This document shows, one piece after another, positions 25,029 through 38,161 of a stretch of 64,000 bases of DNA. Numbering within the stretch: position 1 is the stretch's first letter; every line of letters begins with the position of its first letter. Made by a program: the position numbers and the translations under genes. The notes under the pieces were generated by a model. That model worked only from the letters and a program-made list of their open reading frames with translations, was not told the DNA's origin and searched no databases. Source of the stretch: Basidiobolus meristosporus CBS 931.73 (lineage: Eukaryota; Fungi; Basidiobolomycota); assembly GCA_002104905.1 (NCBI GenBank), contig MCFE01000158.1, positions 85,992 through 149,991 of the forward strand, given 5' to 3'.

Positions 25029-25882
25029 CGCGAAAACACGTGATCACACCACAAAACCGACAGCGGCCTCCACACATCCAGTCCGGTGAGGCGTCCGCAA
25101 AAGAGAGCAGCCCACCGACGATCCCCGCGGAAGACGACACAGGTCAAGCAAGCGCCTGGAGCGTCTCGGCGAGAGTGTACCTGGGATGCCAAGGCGAAGC
25201 ATGTCCGCAGGAGAATCTGCACGGATGTGATTGGCGGATGTTGTTTGGGTATCTTGCCAATTATAAGCATCTCGAGCAACCGGTTGAAAATTGGCGTCGA
25301 GCTAATCATCAATAAAGGGAGCGCCAGTCATGTATCAACCAATCATCGCCCATCATGGCAAATGAGGTGGTATGGTTTGGGCGAATCGTCAGCACTGCGC
25401 CCAGCTAGGCGTAATTGAGCAATCTCCGGTGCAGATGAGATCCCTTCAAGCTAATCGACCTCTGACCGCCGCCCCTCGCCTCCATCGGACGGGTTATTTC
25501 GTTGAAAGGGACCCCAACCAAGCGGGAGATCCGTGAAGACAAGCCCGACGGAACGGGCAATGAGTCATGTGGGATGGGTTGCTGCCCATAGCACCTGTGA
25601 TTCCGGGTAGGAGTCACGGTGCAGGGCGTTCAATCGAATTACGAAATGTACGCCCACCTCTTGTCGATGATGAAGCCTGTTGACCGGGTCCACGACTAAG
25701 GCGGGAAAATATCGGTTTATTGACTGATGAATTACATATACGAGTACGGATAGGAATAGGAATACAAGCAGATGCCGGAAAAATTGGGTCATGAATAGGA
25801 AACCATCCAGGGATTATGTGGGAATGGGGCGGTGATGGTGGCGGTGGTGGTGGTGGTGGTGGCGGGTGTGGGATCGTAGAAG

Positions 25883-26525
25883 TTACAAAAGATGGTTCAC
25901 CAACAAGGATTTGATCATGTTGTAGGCCCAGGTAGCGGTGTACTGCACCTTGGGATTCTCCTGGACTGAGCTCTGCTTGTCGGTGGGGTAGAGGTTCTCC
26001 TTGCGAGGCTCCGCTTTAGGGATGGCCTTGTTGCCGGTACTCTGAATTCCGCGGATGGTGATGGGGTGTTCGATGGATAGGTCAAGTGGCTTGGCAGTAC
26101 CACGGATAGACTGTAGGTACTTGACGACCAAGGAGAACTTCTCGTTGGTTTTGTATTCGGTCTCGATCTGCTCGGGGATTTTCCAGGTCTGAATGGTCGC
26201 GGCTTGGTCGAAGGCGGGGTAGGTCTTCAACTGGATCAACTCCATGATGTTGTAAAGCTCGGTGGTGCCAGACTCGTCGTACAAACTGATGGAGACCGAA
26301 GGGATTCCCACCATCCAATGGTCCTCATCGTAGTTGTTGACGATGGAGACGACCAGGTCCTCCCCAACCTTGTACTCGTCCTTGACCACGTTGGTGTCGA
26401 ACTGCATGGCAGAAACTAGGGAGGGAATGAGTCAATACGAACCTCACCTTGACCACGACCACAACAAACTATCACTTACCGAAAACTGTGCTAAGTAGGA
26501 GGGTTACCAGGGAAGTGAACTTCAT
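25883..26525 (-). CDS. Secreted hypothetical protein, 2 exons
   Basis: Signal peptide MKFTSLVTLLLSTVFVSA across a GT-AG intron at 26479-26416, continuing into the 174-aa ORF. Confidence 0.8.
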
Positions 26526-27194
26526 GACTGAGGCGAAGTGTGAGGAGAACGATGTAAAACAATGTCAGCGGAACTAGAGGGGAAGTGATAACTTATAAAG
26601 CTCGTGATGCTAGAGATCGATTGGGGAATAGGGGGCTGAGTGGGTGTGTAACTTCTGGTTGAACGTATTCGTCAATATAACCTTCCTTTTCAGGGCGAAT
26701 CATTTAGCTCATCTATCGTCCGGGAACCAACTATCCTAGCTAACAATGACCCTCATGGCTAAAAATAACTGAGGTCATACGCCGTTCATATGGATATAGC
26801 CAAATTGGTCTGGACGTCACCCCCCAACCAACCTCGGCGGTGTATTTAAATGAGCGACACGCGAAAAAAAATCTCGTCAAACCTGAGTAAAGCTATGCAA
26901 AGCCTGACTAGGGCTATGCAACACCGTGATGCAAAGCTGGAAGTTATGCGAGATCCTAAGCGGAAACCGGCTCGTCTCGGTGGGTGGGTTCGAGAAAGAA
27001 ATGGCGATCGGGAGCGAGCAAAAATTTTCCCATCACCGAGTCAAATTTTTCAGGCTGATCTTTGATCGGCCGGGGATTGGTCGACGGGAACCCTAACCCC
27101 GATTCCTGGAAGTCGAGTTTAAAAGCGTTTGACATGTAACGGGATTTTCCTTCTCCTACACCCTTGGTGTTTTTATTTTATTTAGTCAGATTAT

Positions 27195-27306
27195 GTAAGT
27201 ATATCCACCTGTTGTTCACCACCACCCATCAGCCATCCGTCTTCGGATGGATGGATGCTGGCATGCTATGGATGTCCCGTACTCACCCTCCTTTTCTCTC
27301 CCCTAG
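27195..27306 (+). other. 5'-UTR intron of rps2
   Basis: GTAAGT donor, pyrimidine tract and TAG acceptor 3 nt before the ATG. Confidence 0.75.
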
Positions 27307-27309
27307 CAA

Positions 27310-28095
27310 ATGGCTGACTCAGCTCCGGCCGATAGTCGCGGTGGACGCGGTGGTTTTGGACGTGGACGTGGTGCTCGCGGTGGACGCGGTCGCGGACGTC
27401 GTGGTGGTCGCAAGGAAGAAGAAACCCAATGGGTTCCTGTTACCAAGCTTGGTCGTCTCGTCAAGGATGGCAAGATCAAGTCCATGGAACAAATCTACCT
27501 CTTCTCTCTTCCCGTCAAGGAATACCAGATCATTGACTACTTCCTTCCTACCTTGAAGGATGAGGTCATCAAGATCATGCCTGTGCAGAAGCAAACCACC
27601 GCTGGTCAAAGAACTCGTTTCAAGGCCTTTGTCATCATCGGTGATTCTGACGGTCATGTTGGTCTCGGTGTCAAGTGCGCCAAGGAAGTTGCCACCGCCA
27701 TCCGTGGTGCCATCATCCTTGCCAAGCTTAGCATCATCCCCGTCCGTAGAGGCTACTGGGGATCTTCCCTCGGTCTTCCCCACACCGTTCCTTCCAAGGT
27801 CACCGGCAAGTGTGGTTCCGTCACTGCTCGTCTTGTCCCTGCTCCCCGTGGTACTGGTATCGTCGCTGCCCCTACCCCCAAGAAGCTTTTGCAACTTGCC
27901 GGTATTACCGATTGCTACACCACCGCCCGTGGTTCCACCCGTACCTTGGGTAACTTCGTCAAGGCTACCTTCGCTGCCATTAGCCACACCTACACCTTCT
28001 TGACTCCTGACTTGTGGGCCGAATCCCAATTCACCATGGGTCCCTACCAAGAATACTCTGACTACTTGAGCAAGGCTCAAGAAAAGAAGTACTAA
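27310..28095 (+). CDS. rps2: 40S ribosomal protein S2 (uS5)
   Basis: RGG-rich N-terminus, [40 protein letters not shown]. Confidence 0.99.
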   Translation: MADSAPADSRGGRGGFGRGRGARGGRGRGRRGGRKEEETQWVPVTKLGRLVKDGKIKSMEQIYLFSLPVKEYQIIDYFLPTLKDEVIKIMPVQKQTTAGQRTRFKAFVIIGDSDGHVGLGVKCAKEVATAIRGAIILAKLSIIPVRRGYWGSSLGLPHTVPSKVTGKCGSVTARLVPAPRGTGIVAAPTPKKLLQLAGITDCYTTARGSTRTLGNFVKATFAAISHTYTFLTPDLWAESQFTMGPYQEYSDYLSKAQEKKY

Positions 28096-28321
28096 GTTAG
28101 TGTTATGATCATGACAACTGCCTTCCTGTTGGGCTAGTTCGAATGTGTTCTTTCGCACTCGTTTGATAAGAATAAATACTTGATACTTTTTTCTGTACAA
28201 CCCAACCATCGCGTGTGTATTCTAGAATAGGTCGTTTATTTCGGCCGTGCTGGAAATCAATCCGCAGGAGGGTACATTAATTTATGGGTCGCTGGATATG
28301 TTAGGTTTGCCAGGGGTGGAG

Positions 28322-29091
28322 TCAGAAGTATAGTTCCTCGTCGCCGAAACAGTCCGGCACCGTGGTGACAGAGAAGTTGTACTTGTCTATGGTGTCCAGG
28401 ACATTCGGGATGGCCTGCACGGTGGAGGGGTGGATATCATGTTGCAACGAGATGAATCCGGTGGTTTCTGGTGAATGGATCGAGAGTGTATTCTCGTATA
28501 CTTTTTCCATGAGCTCGGTGTTCAATGTCTGCCAGTCCAGGGTGTCAAGATTCCAATCGATGATCTTGTAGCCCATGTTGTTCAGTATACTTTGTACTCG
28601 CTCGTCGCAGGACCCATATGGGCAACGTATATACTGTGGCTTCACCCCGATTACGTTTTCAATGGCTTCGGCTGCTTTGTCGGCCTCTTCTTCAATTTCC
28701 TCGGCAGATAGACTGTTCAGGTTCAGGTGAGAGTACGTGTGAGAGGCTATATGATGACCCTCGTCGTACGCTCTTCGGAGCAAGTCAGGATTTTCCTCCA
28801 CATCTATTCCAGGAAAGCATGAGTATATACCATAGTGATGGGTAGCAACTACACAAAGGCCTACTTACTCTGACCAATGACGAACAAGGTTACTTTAACA
28901 TCAGCTTCGAGTAGGTCGTCCAGAAGCTGACCAGTCGTCTCACTGGAGGGTCCGTCATCGAAAGTCAGAGCGATTTTGCCTGGGGAGCATTCTTTTATAA
29001 GGCCGCCCGAGAGCTGGCGCTTCTCCAAGGGCGTGGCAGTCACTCCCATAGCTAGACTAGCCAGGGTCACTAGAAATGCAAGGCCGAGCAT
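28322..29091 (-). CDS. Secreted CE4 polysaccharide (chitin) deacetylase, 1 intron
   Basis: Signal peptide and NodB motifs TFDDGP, HTYSH, RCPYG, DW and LQHD. Confidence 0.95.
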
Positions 29092-30212
29092 CAGAAACTT
29101 GAAAGGTTAGTTTTGGTTACGGTTTGGGCATTCCAGGCGAATATATGGCACCTTGGCACCTGAAACCCACAAGACCCCGTACCAAACCAAATAGACAGGA
29201 AATATATTCCCTAACGGCAAAGGCGACCGTGCTCATTTGACAGACGGTTTACGGGAGTCGGTGGATATTCTCTCACAGGTAAGGAAAATTGCAAGTAATT
29301 TTCCTTGATGTATATATATATCACAACATAAACAACACTGCTAAACAAGCCACGCCCAGAATTGATGGATCGAAATCACTGGATTGTTTAGGATTTCCGG
29401 CTTTGAAAGATTCCCTGGGTTGTGTGGGATTTAAGGCTGTGAGTGCCATCATCACTTTCTCGCCCATTGGCTATGCACCAGCATCTACCAAAATTGTTCA
29501 CACGCGTGAGTTTATTAGCGACCTATCATTTGAGCGATCCCCTTCGGCTAACGTGTTTGTAGAATAAGCTTGTGTTCGGTAAGGGAAGTTGAACTAGTAT
29601 GGCTCACCTCAAGAAAGGTTGCCAATTCTCATGAATTTTCACCGTGGTAACCGTGGTAAAACAGACCCTATCTTCGGATGATACAAGAAAGTCCGGGTGA
29701 ACAAACCAATGCCAGCACAGAAGACAGGGGGCAAACAGGCTCTGGAGATACAGATGTAACGAGCAAGCAAGAGTTATGACTCACGGGCAAGTTCATGGTC
29801 GAGACCTCCAATAAGAGCAGAGGTAGCAAGTCATTAATAATATGCTTTCACACAAGGAATATGAAGGACCCTCTGAAGGACCCTCCCTAAACAATCTATC
29901 CTCGATCCTGTTCTGGTTTGGACAGCCAATCTTGACCTGGGGATTTGGGGGTGCGGAGGGAAATTTTCCTTGAACAACCCGGATCGCCAATCATCGCTAG
30001 GGGTGCTGGCATACCGCGGAAGCCAACAGACTTGATCTGAATTTGAATCCGCAATCACAACCATTGAGTCGGATCGCGTACTTTTATAGACAAGAGATCA
30101 AGGATGAAGATATAAAAGAGCGGCCATTCCCTAACCAGACCTGCTACATACATACCCCCCCCCCTCAAGCATTCACGAGCTAGTCTCAACAGTGGATCAT
30201 ATCCCCAATTTA

Positions 30213-31012
30213 ATGGACATCAGTGGACAATTCAATGGAGTCTTGTTTAATTACGAGCAAGACAGATTAAACCTAGATCTTTGGAGCTCTGCCAGTATGT
30301 GCTTCGATCCAGCAACTTCATTCCATTTGGATTCGTTCCCCCTGCTGGACACCACCAACAATGCTCAGAGTAAATGGCTTGTTTCGAATTCTTTTGTCCA
30401 AGAATGCTCTTAATCTCAGTCTTCTACATTGTAGTGAACTCGGTTCTTTCGGATAGCCCATCCCAGCTATCCATATTCCCGTGCTTTTCTGACTCCAGTT
30501 CCACGCTCGGCCCACCCTCCTCTCCCGAGTTGATCCACTCTCCCCCTTTCTCACCCATCAGCACCTCCGCAACACCCTTCTCTGCCGCTGGTATGCACAA
30601 GAGTAGCCCTGCTAGCTTCACACCCATACTCCCTAATGGAATCCCTCAATCGGATATCACCTCCACGAAGGAGGTTTCTCCTCCCAAGCGGAAGTTGAAC
30701 CCCGATAGGGAGGCCAGCAGGGCTGCCTTGTTAGCAGCAGCCGCAAATGATCCCAAGCTTGCAGCCAAGTTGGAATCTCTCGAGGATAAGAGACGCCGCA
30801 ACACTGCAGCATCCGCACGGTTTAGGATCAAAAAGAAGCAGCGCGAGGAGGCGCTGGAGAAGACCACGAAGGAACTGTCGGTCAAGACGAGCTTACTCGA
30901 AAACAAGGTGAAGGAATTGGAGATGGAGGTTAAGTGGCTTCAAGGTTTGCTTATTGACAAAGACCCGGAATTCGTCAACGTGGTACCACCCTTCAAAAAG
31001 CAGTGTATATGA
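30213..31012 (+). CDS. bZIP transcription factor (Cys-3/MetR/Zip1-like), 1 intron
   Basis: DKRRRNTAASARFRIKKKQRE plus leucine zipper. An intron at ~30370-30434 joins the two ORFs in frame. Confidence 0.88.
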
Positions 31013-31472
31013 TTACGGACATTTGAGTTATTTTTGATTTTTACTTCTTGGACCAAGGACATTCTTTTTTTTGCATTCTCGTATTCAATCAGTTTATCGG
31101 ACAATCAATTTTTTTCTCTATTCACGGACAATTTAGATATTTCTCTTGTAGACAAATGGACTCTGACTAACGCAGGATTTCTTGCCTCCCCCCCCCAAAT
31201 AGCATGCTTGTAAGAATAAAAGTAGGTATTATGCTCCTTCATTCGTGTTGTCTCGTGGGGTGGTTGCCTTGGTCCTGACCCCAGCCCAGGCATCATCCAA
31301 AACGTCACTGATCTTACAACCTAGAGCGGAGGACTGAGGATCGATGATTGTCTTCAGAAAGCCACGATTGTTTGAGCTGTTGATGACGTTGTATCACATA
31401 TGCTTGGCTCGATTTGGACAAGGTTCAATATATAAGAGTAGCGACCGAAACGACGTGTCGTAGTCTTTCCCC

Positions 31473-31964
31473 ATGTCGTCGTCATTAATAATATCCGTAG
31501 CCATCCCAGTCCTTGGTGGGTTCTTGTCGGCGTTGCCAACACGCGAAGCAGTTCGGAGCTGGTACACCACCATCAACAAGCCAGGCTTTACCCCACCGAA
31601 CTGGCTGTTCGCCCCCGCTTGGACCCTACTTTACATCGTAATGGGCTACGCCTCGTACCGGGTGAAGTCCAGCGAATCCACAGCCAGTGCCGCGCTCGTA
31701 CTGTACTGGGTACAGCTGGGATTTAACTTTATGTGGTCCCCGCTGTTCTTCTACTTCAAGCGAATTGACCTCGCCATGGTCAACATCAGCATACATTGGG
31801 TGCTTATTCTTGCCACCATGATTACCTTTTGGCAGGTTGATACCATCGCTGGAGTACTCTTCTTACCATATCTAGCATGGGTCTCATACGCCTCCGCACT
31901 GAATTGGTCCATATTGAAGCTGAACCCTTCTACAAACTCCGAATACCAACGTCTGGATCGTTGA
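31473..31964 (+). CDS. tspO: TspO/MBR translocator protein
   Basis: WY..I.KP..TPPNW.F...WT.LY..MG, LFLPYLAWVSYA.ALN; five hydrophobic segments. Confidence 0.95.
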   Translation: MSSSLIISVAIPVLGGFLSALPTREAVRSWYTTINKPGFTPPNWLFAPAWTLLYIVMGYASYRVKSSESTASAALVLYWVQLGFNFMWSPLFFYFKRIDLAMVNISIHWVLILATMITFWQVDTIAGVLFLPYLAWVSYASALNWSILKLNPSTNSEYQRLDR

Positions 31965-32771
31965 CTCATTTTTGTATGCATTTTCGCATCCTCGTGTCTG
32001 GATTGCCTCTATGTGGGAAGGTGTCTTGAAATATGCCAAGTCAATAAAGCCCCATGGGTATCTGGCCAATAGGCAGAATAGGAAAACCAGAATTTAATCA
32101 ATCCCACCATCTTGCTAAATCTATACAGTCATGCAGTCTTTACTGCCACACATGGACCAATGGCGGGACGATATGATTTAGGTATCGAGCTCCTGATCAA
32201 ATGATGGGTGAGTATGCATGTCGATTGGCATTAGGAATATATTGAGGTTTGCTTAAATTACTCCAATGGATATGATCTCATTCCATCAATAACATCTTTG
32301 TCTCTGATTCTGACCAATTGGTTGAAAGTTCGAATAATAAAACCAATGAGAATTCCACCAGATCACAATGATTTTCGTGAGTCCAATTCATTAAGCCTGC
32401 TCAAGTAAATTCACTATTTATAAATACCTATGATTTGATTGCTTAAGATTCCTCCGGTCAGTTCTCCATAATTCAACGACCAATATCTTGCTGAACTTTA
32501 GCATTCTCTTTACATGAATCTGCTTATTGATTCTTCCTGCCTTGACTAAGATTTTCCCTACATAGTCTCTTAATTGCGTGTTGCAGTATTTCTCGGCCTT
32601 CATCTTTGGCTTAGTTCGTTCCATTTTATTTAGAGTGCAATACTTGTGTGTTCGTGGTGTGGTATTCCTTTAGCATAGCTCCTTCAACTTTCCCAAATAA
32701 GTATTAGGCTTTTGACTGCTTTTCTCATCCCCCGCCTCTCGCCCAGTCATTAAACCTATCCCTCAGAAAAT

Positions 32772-33892
32772 ATGGAAGTCCAAGAGTTTCTCAAGAAGTG
32801 TGGCTTGGAGCAATATACAGAGGCCTTCTTTGCCGAAGGTTTCGATCAGCTGAGATCAGTTAGTACCCGTCATTGGTTCTTTTGGTAGCTTTGAATTAAC
32901 GCTAGTTGAAACAGCTCCTAGAAATCACTGAGCCAGACTTGGTGGCTTTGGGTGTAAAAAGAGGACATCGTAGGGTTAGTAGCGTTCCAACCAGGAATAC
33001 CACTTGTTCAATGGTAGCTTATTCCAGTATTCTCGAAACTAGCTACTCCAACGAGAGATAGTCGCGGTGAAGGGCGCCACCTCCTTATCAACACCATTCC
33101 CTCTTACAATCACACCGGAGAACCCTTTCATGAATCTGACGGGATCTGGTCAGTCAACAATGAGTGTGGCACAGCTTATCATGTGACTAATTTCATGACT
33201 GTTTCTGATGCAAGTAGACCCTAGAGCGTTGAATCTCTTCGCCAAAAATTTCTCCCCGACCTCGGTCAACGGCAACCAAAAGATGTTCTTCGCAAATCCC
33301 AAGGTTCCAATAGCACCCCTCAAGCCATCTCCGCCATCCATTGAAAACAACAGCAACAAGAGGCGATACAGACGACATCCCAAGCCGGACAAAAATGCCC
33401 CGGAGAAACCACCCTCAGCCTATGTGATGTTTTCGAACAAGATTCGGGGCGAGTTCAAAGACCAGAATATGTCGTTCACTGAAATGGCCAAAGTGGTCGG
33501 CGATCGCTGGAAAACACTCAGTCCGGAGGAAAGGGAGGAGGTGGAGCAATGCGCTTCCAAGGCTAAACAGGAGTACTTGGAGGCTTTGGAAACCTACAAG
33601 AAAACTCCTGAATACCATGAATACCAAGAGTACCTGATCGAATTCAGGGCGAAATCGTCTTCTTGTGTGCGTCCAGTTGGCAGACCGCGAAAGCATCCCA
33701 AGCTTGACGAAATGGACAATGTCACCTCCGATGACTCCAATGGTAAGTTCCCTTTGATCATGAGCGTTATTCGAGATCGGCTCAAGTAATCCTAATTTAG
33801 GTCTAGTCTCAGCGGATGATCTCCTCTACCAAGATGCATCAGGTAGAGACGTAGATCACAATGGATGGCCAGCAATTGTCCCGAGCTGCTGA
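32772..33892 (+). CDS. SAM-domain plus HMG-box protein, multi-exon
   Basis: SAM-like VQEFLKKCGLEQY..F..EGFD..LL.ITE.DL..LGVK.GHRR, and HMG box PEKPPSAYVMFSN..EMAK.VG.RWK.L. Confidence 0.85.
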
Positions 33893-34141
33893 TTGCCTTG
33901 TTCATGCCCGTTTATTCTAATATCTCCACCTGAGGTTGGAGTTGGTTAGTTTAGAAGGAGGTTTCAGGAAAACAGCAAGTCGGATAGGGATATGGATTCT
34001 CTCGGTTTCAGGCCCCGATGATTTTGAAAGTAAATGGATGTTTTCTTTTCTATCCTTGCCCATGCATACATCAATGACTCGTATGTATCCTCCATCTATG
34101 TTTATATACTAGGATATGTAATAAAAGTAATTCACTTGGCA

Positions 34142-34828
34142 TCATGAGGGCGGAAATGGGGAAGTGTCTTTGAAGCAATTCTCGAATACCTCGTTGACAA
34201 CCTGCTCGGCATTCTTGCAATGGGAGCGGGTGGAGTTGATCGCTTCTCTTCTCGCGCACTCCCTCTTCCTTACCAACGGCCACACGTTGGCACATTGACC
34301 AAGGGCACTCGCCCGGATTTCCGAACAAGCAACATTATGGCAAGGGGTGGTAAATGTCCCGGCTCGACCTGCGTCGTAGGCGTGAACCAGTTCGTGTATT
34401 ACTGTCTCCTCCAGGTCTTTCCGGGAGCGAATGGCTTCGCAGCAGACAACGATTCTGTTGGAGAGCATTAGTGCGTTGGAGCTGGGCATAGGGAAGCTCT
34501 AACAACCAACCACCCAACCGGCTCGCATACTATGAAAGAAGGGAAACTGGAGGTACCTTTTGTTTTGAGGATCGTAATATCCAAACCTACCTGCTTGCAC
34601 AGTATCGACGCAACTGCGACAGGTCAGGCCTTTCACCAGGGACTTCTTGGCTTGCTTTCGTATGGCATACAGCAGAAAGTGGACTCTGGGGTCCTCTAGC
34701 ACCTACATAGAAGGTCAGTCGCGGCTCCAGATAGTGGGGTTGCGGGCGCTCTCACTTACGCTGGCGATCTCTTTGGTGCACTGTGCTTCCGAATATCCAG
34801 TGGAGGCTGGGTTGGGGTTTCTGTACAT
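34142..34828 (-). CDS. Atp23-like metallopeptidase (M76), multi-exon
   Basis: HELVHAYD and ACSEIRA motifs. Confidence 0.85.
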
Positions 34829-35487
34829 AAGGGCTAGGTATTGGGAACACCGTCACTTCACTAGCTCATAGACGTGGTCACGGTTGACCTGGGTTTGGAG
34901 GGGACTAGAATGGATTGCCAACAAATCTGATCCTCGGTGTGTGTGAAGCAAAGTTTATCATCCATTTATCACCTCCACCAGGGAAATCATCCTAATCCAG
35001 TATCACGATAGTTTCCGTATGGACCATCGATGAATCCCTATGTTTTAGCATGTGAGATATGTGACGTAAACGATGGGCAAGTCTTAATAGTATGGTGAGG
35101 AATCTTCGAGTATCAAATGATCGGAACAGAATCCTCAACCCAGACTATTTAATCTACATCAGGCATCATAGAGATTGGTTTGATGCGCGTACCATGCTGG
35201 AATAATTCATTGATTTCAAGCCAGTCCACATAGCATCTCTTTCCTCAACTTGGAGAGGCACATCGATTCCATACACGACCCAAGGCAGCACCTTATTATC
35301 CGCTCACCCGACATCCAAGAACCTTCCCCTCTCAACCACCACCTAACCTCACCCAGTATCCCCCACCTCTCGAACGTCCCCACGCTTCCAAAGTAATTGG
35401 TTGAAAACCGACCGAGGTGTACCTGTGCCAACCAACCCCGAAGAAGTTTTCCCACCTACGTTTCCAACGTGAACGCACAACACAAAC

Positions 35488-37945
35488 ATGTTGACCTTTG
35501 AGAATAGTTTTTGGACTGCTGACTACCGTTCAGGGATAAACCAGCTGAACGAAAAGCTCGCCCAGGGAAGCATCGAATGCGACGAGATCCTTGGCTTCCT
35601 CAAGGAGAGGGCCGCCATAGAGGAGCAGTACGGCAGCAAGCTCTGCGAACTCGGCAAAAGGAAGAGCAAGAATGGTGGGTTCGCTAAAGATGACGGGGCC
35701 ACCCTGAAGAGAACGTTCGATTCGCTGAAGGGGGAGTGCCTCGAGCTCGGCCAGTTCCACAAACAGAACGCCTCCGACATTCAAGAGCTCGTACTGAAGC
35801 CACTCCAGATCTTTGTCGAGGAACGCAAGGTCGGCCTGAAAGTCAGCAAAGAGAGCATCGAGGCCGCACTGAAACGCTTGGACAAGCAGCGGGCCGAGTT
35901 GTTACGTGCCCAGGAGAATTACATGACCAAGTGCGGAGTTGCTGACTCCCTGGAGAAGCAAGAGGCCGATAAGCCCAGTAGACGGCTTTCCATTCAAGAC
36001 CTTCAACTCCGACTGGAGCTCATCACCAACACCCTGGGGAACCTGACCTTCACCGAAGAGGAGTTCAAAGAATTTCTGCAGAGGATCCAAACGGAGATCC
36101 CAACTCAGGAGGTCCGTTATCCATTCCTCGGGTTATACAAAGGCTTGATCTCTGGGGAATCCGTCGCAGCGTGGCTTCGCGAGCATTACAACCTAGAAAG
36201 TGACGAGCAGGTCGAGCAGGTCGGCCAGGCCCTTATCGATCAAGGGTTTTTGAAACTGGTCGGCCGCGGGAACAAGTTCACCATCAAATCCAACTCGTAC
36301 TACCAATGGAAAAAGCTCTACCAAGACCAAGGTTCCCCGTTGGAGAAAGCTCGGCTAGAGGCGGAGGAGGCGGACGCAGCCTACAAGCAGCTTGCCAAGT
36401 CGGTAGACAAGTCCCGAATGTCGGCCGAGCGGACTCTGATGAGTTATCTTGGAAACATGGAGCGTAACGAGGTCAACAGGATCGTCGCCATCAAGGCCGC
36501 GTTCTTGAGCTTTGCCGCCACCTTCTCCACCGTGATCTCAACGTATATCTCGATGAACGAGAGAACGCAGCTCTACTTCGAGACCCTTAAGCCCGAGAAC
36601 GACATCACCTTCATGATCGAGCAACACGGGACTGGTTACTTCAACCCCAAGCCCGTCGTCTACGAGAACTTCTATTACGGATCCGTTAAAGACCAAATTT
36701 ACGGTGTCCCTCTCGAGGAACAAGCGCGCCTTTCGAAGAACCACATCCCACTCATCATTGCCAAATGCCTGAGCGCGCTCACCAAGGGCTATGGGGAAAT
36801 GCCCTACGTGGAGCGGAGGGGTATCTGGATCACCGATGTACCCTTGGCCACCATTCATAGTCTGAAAAGAAGCATCAACCAAGGGTGCCAGGTAACCCTG
36901 AAGCAGCTGCGAGAATATGACCTCAAGACCATTGTTGGCGCGCTCAAGCTCTACTTGTTGGAGCTCCCGGAATGCTTGTGTACCTCGGAGCTGTACGATG
37001 CCGTGAAGGCCATCTATGCGCCAGGTGAGTTGCCCCGAGAGTCGTCTTTGAATGGATTCATACTAACCATCTGACCTGAAGTTCCCCTACCCGATAGAGA
37101 TGACGACGAAGAACGAGCCAGACTAGGCGCGATTCAGAACCTGCTCACCGCTCTACCGCCCGCCAACAAGCGCAGTTTGAAGGCCATCATGGGCCATCTC
37201 AACCAGTGAGTAGCTTTTGCTTTGTAGTTGTCGGCTGGGCATCGGACTGATCAGTTGCAGGTTGCTGCAGGACATGTCTCCCGAGGAGCTGTTCATCCCG
37301 GAGATATGCCATAACCTTGGACATACCATTTTGAGACCACGCGCGGAGACCCCGGTGACATTCCACGACAGACATCCACAGAAGCTCGTGAAGGACATGA
37401 TATGCCATTACCAGGAGATCTTCGACTCGATGAATCTGACCAACATCAGCTACGATGACGAGGACTCGGCCGAGCCGAGTACGGATTCCAAGAAGGTCAG
37501 CCCACAGCTGGAGGAGGAAGTGGAGGATGAGGACGAGAGCGAGCTGCTGTTCTCAGATCCCTCCTCCGACTTGGACAAAGAAAGTACTCACTCGGAGGAG
37601 CCTGCGGCGGAACCCAAGCCCCTTCAGGAGAGCAACCACGTAGAGCACGAAGCAAGCGCACCTGCGAGTCCCGTGATAGAGGTCGAGCCTAGTCAAATCG
37701 ATAGCGCACCCAAAGAGGATACCCCCATCGCAGAAGAGAAGGCGGCGATCATCGAGGAACAACCAGCACAACCGATCGAGGAAAAAGTGAGCGCACCAGC
37801 GACAGTCCCAGATGCACCCAAGTCGTCCACCAAGGAGGAGGTCAATAGCCCCGCTCCTACCCCCACACCGGCCAAGCCTGTAGTGGAGAAGGTGGACGAC
37901 GACGATTTGGATCCCTTCTTCCAGGACGAGGACGAGGAGGACTGA
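35488..37945 (+). CDS. F-BAR + DEP + RhoGAP protein (Rgd2-like)
   Basis: FENSFW..D...GI..L..L..G..EC.EIL.F..ERA.IEE.YG (FCH), GQALIDQGFL (DEP), YGVPL..P.II.KC and ALKLYLLELPE (RhoGAP), acidic tail. Confidence 0.92.
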
Positions 37946-38161
37946 GGAGCCGGTCGTTGTTTGTAGAGCGTATTTTCCACCCAGACCCACCTTTTTCATT
38001 GGCCACCCTTTTTGAACAATCATCACGAAATAAAAATGGGCCATCAGTTCTTTTCCATCGACTGCCTTAGCATGGGGGTGTATATATTTCAGAAGGTGTA
38101 TACAGTAGAACATTAAAAGGGCGAAGAACCAAACTAATGGAGAGAGTCGGAGGGGATTGGT

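Noticed and set aside
24887-25792. Cluster of short overlapping ORFs at the start of the CpG-rich block
   Set aside because: No recognisable domain or consistent exon model. 25565-25792 has a hydrophobic start but cannot be supported.
27088-27100. Telo-box-like AACCCTAA upstream of rps2
   Set aside because: A single short match that is plausible by chance, and function cannot be supported from sequence.
27319-28209. 296-aa antisense ORF over rps2 (also 41126-42127 over chs and similar)
   Set aside because: These are shadow ORFs caused by the biased codon usage of the real gene on the opposite strand.
32772-33892. HMG-box gene as a Mucorales-type sexP/sexM mating locus
   Set aside because: It has an N-terminal SAM domain and introns, and the flanking triose-phosphate transporter and RNA helicase genes are absent.
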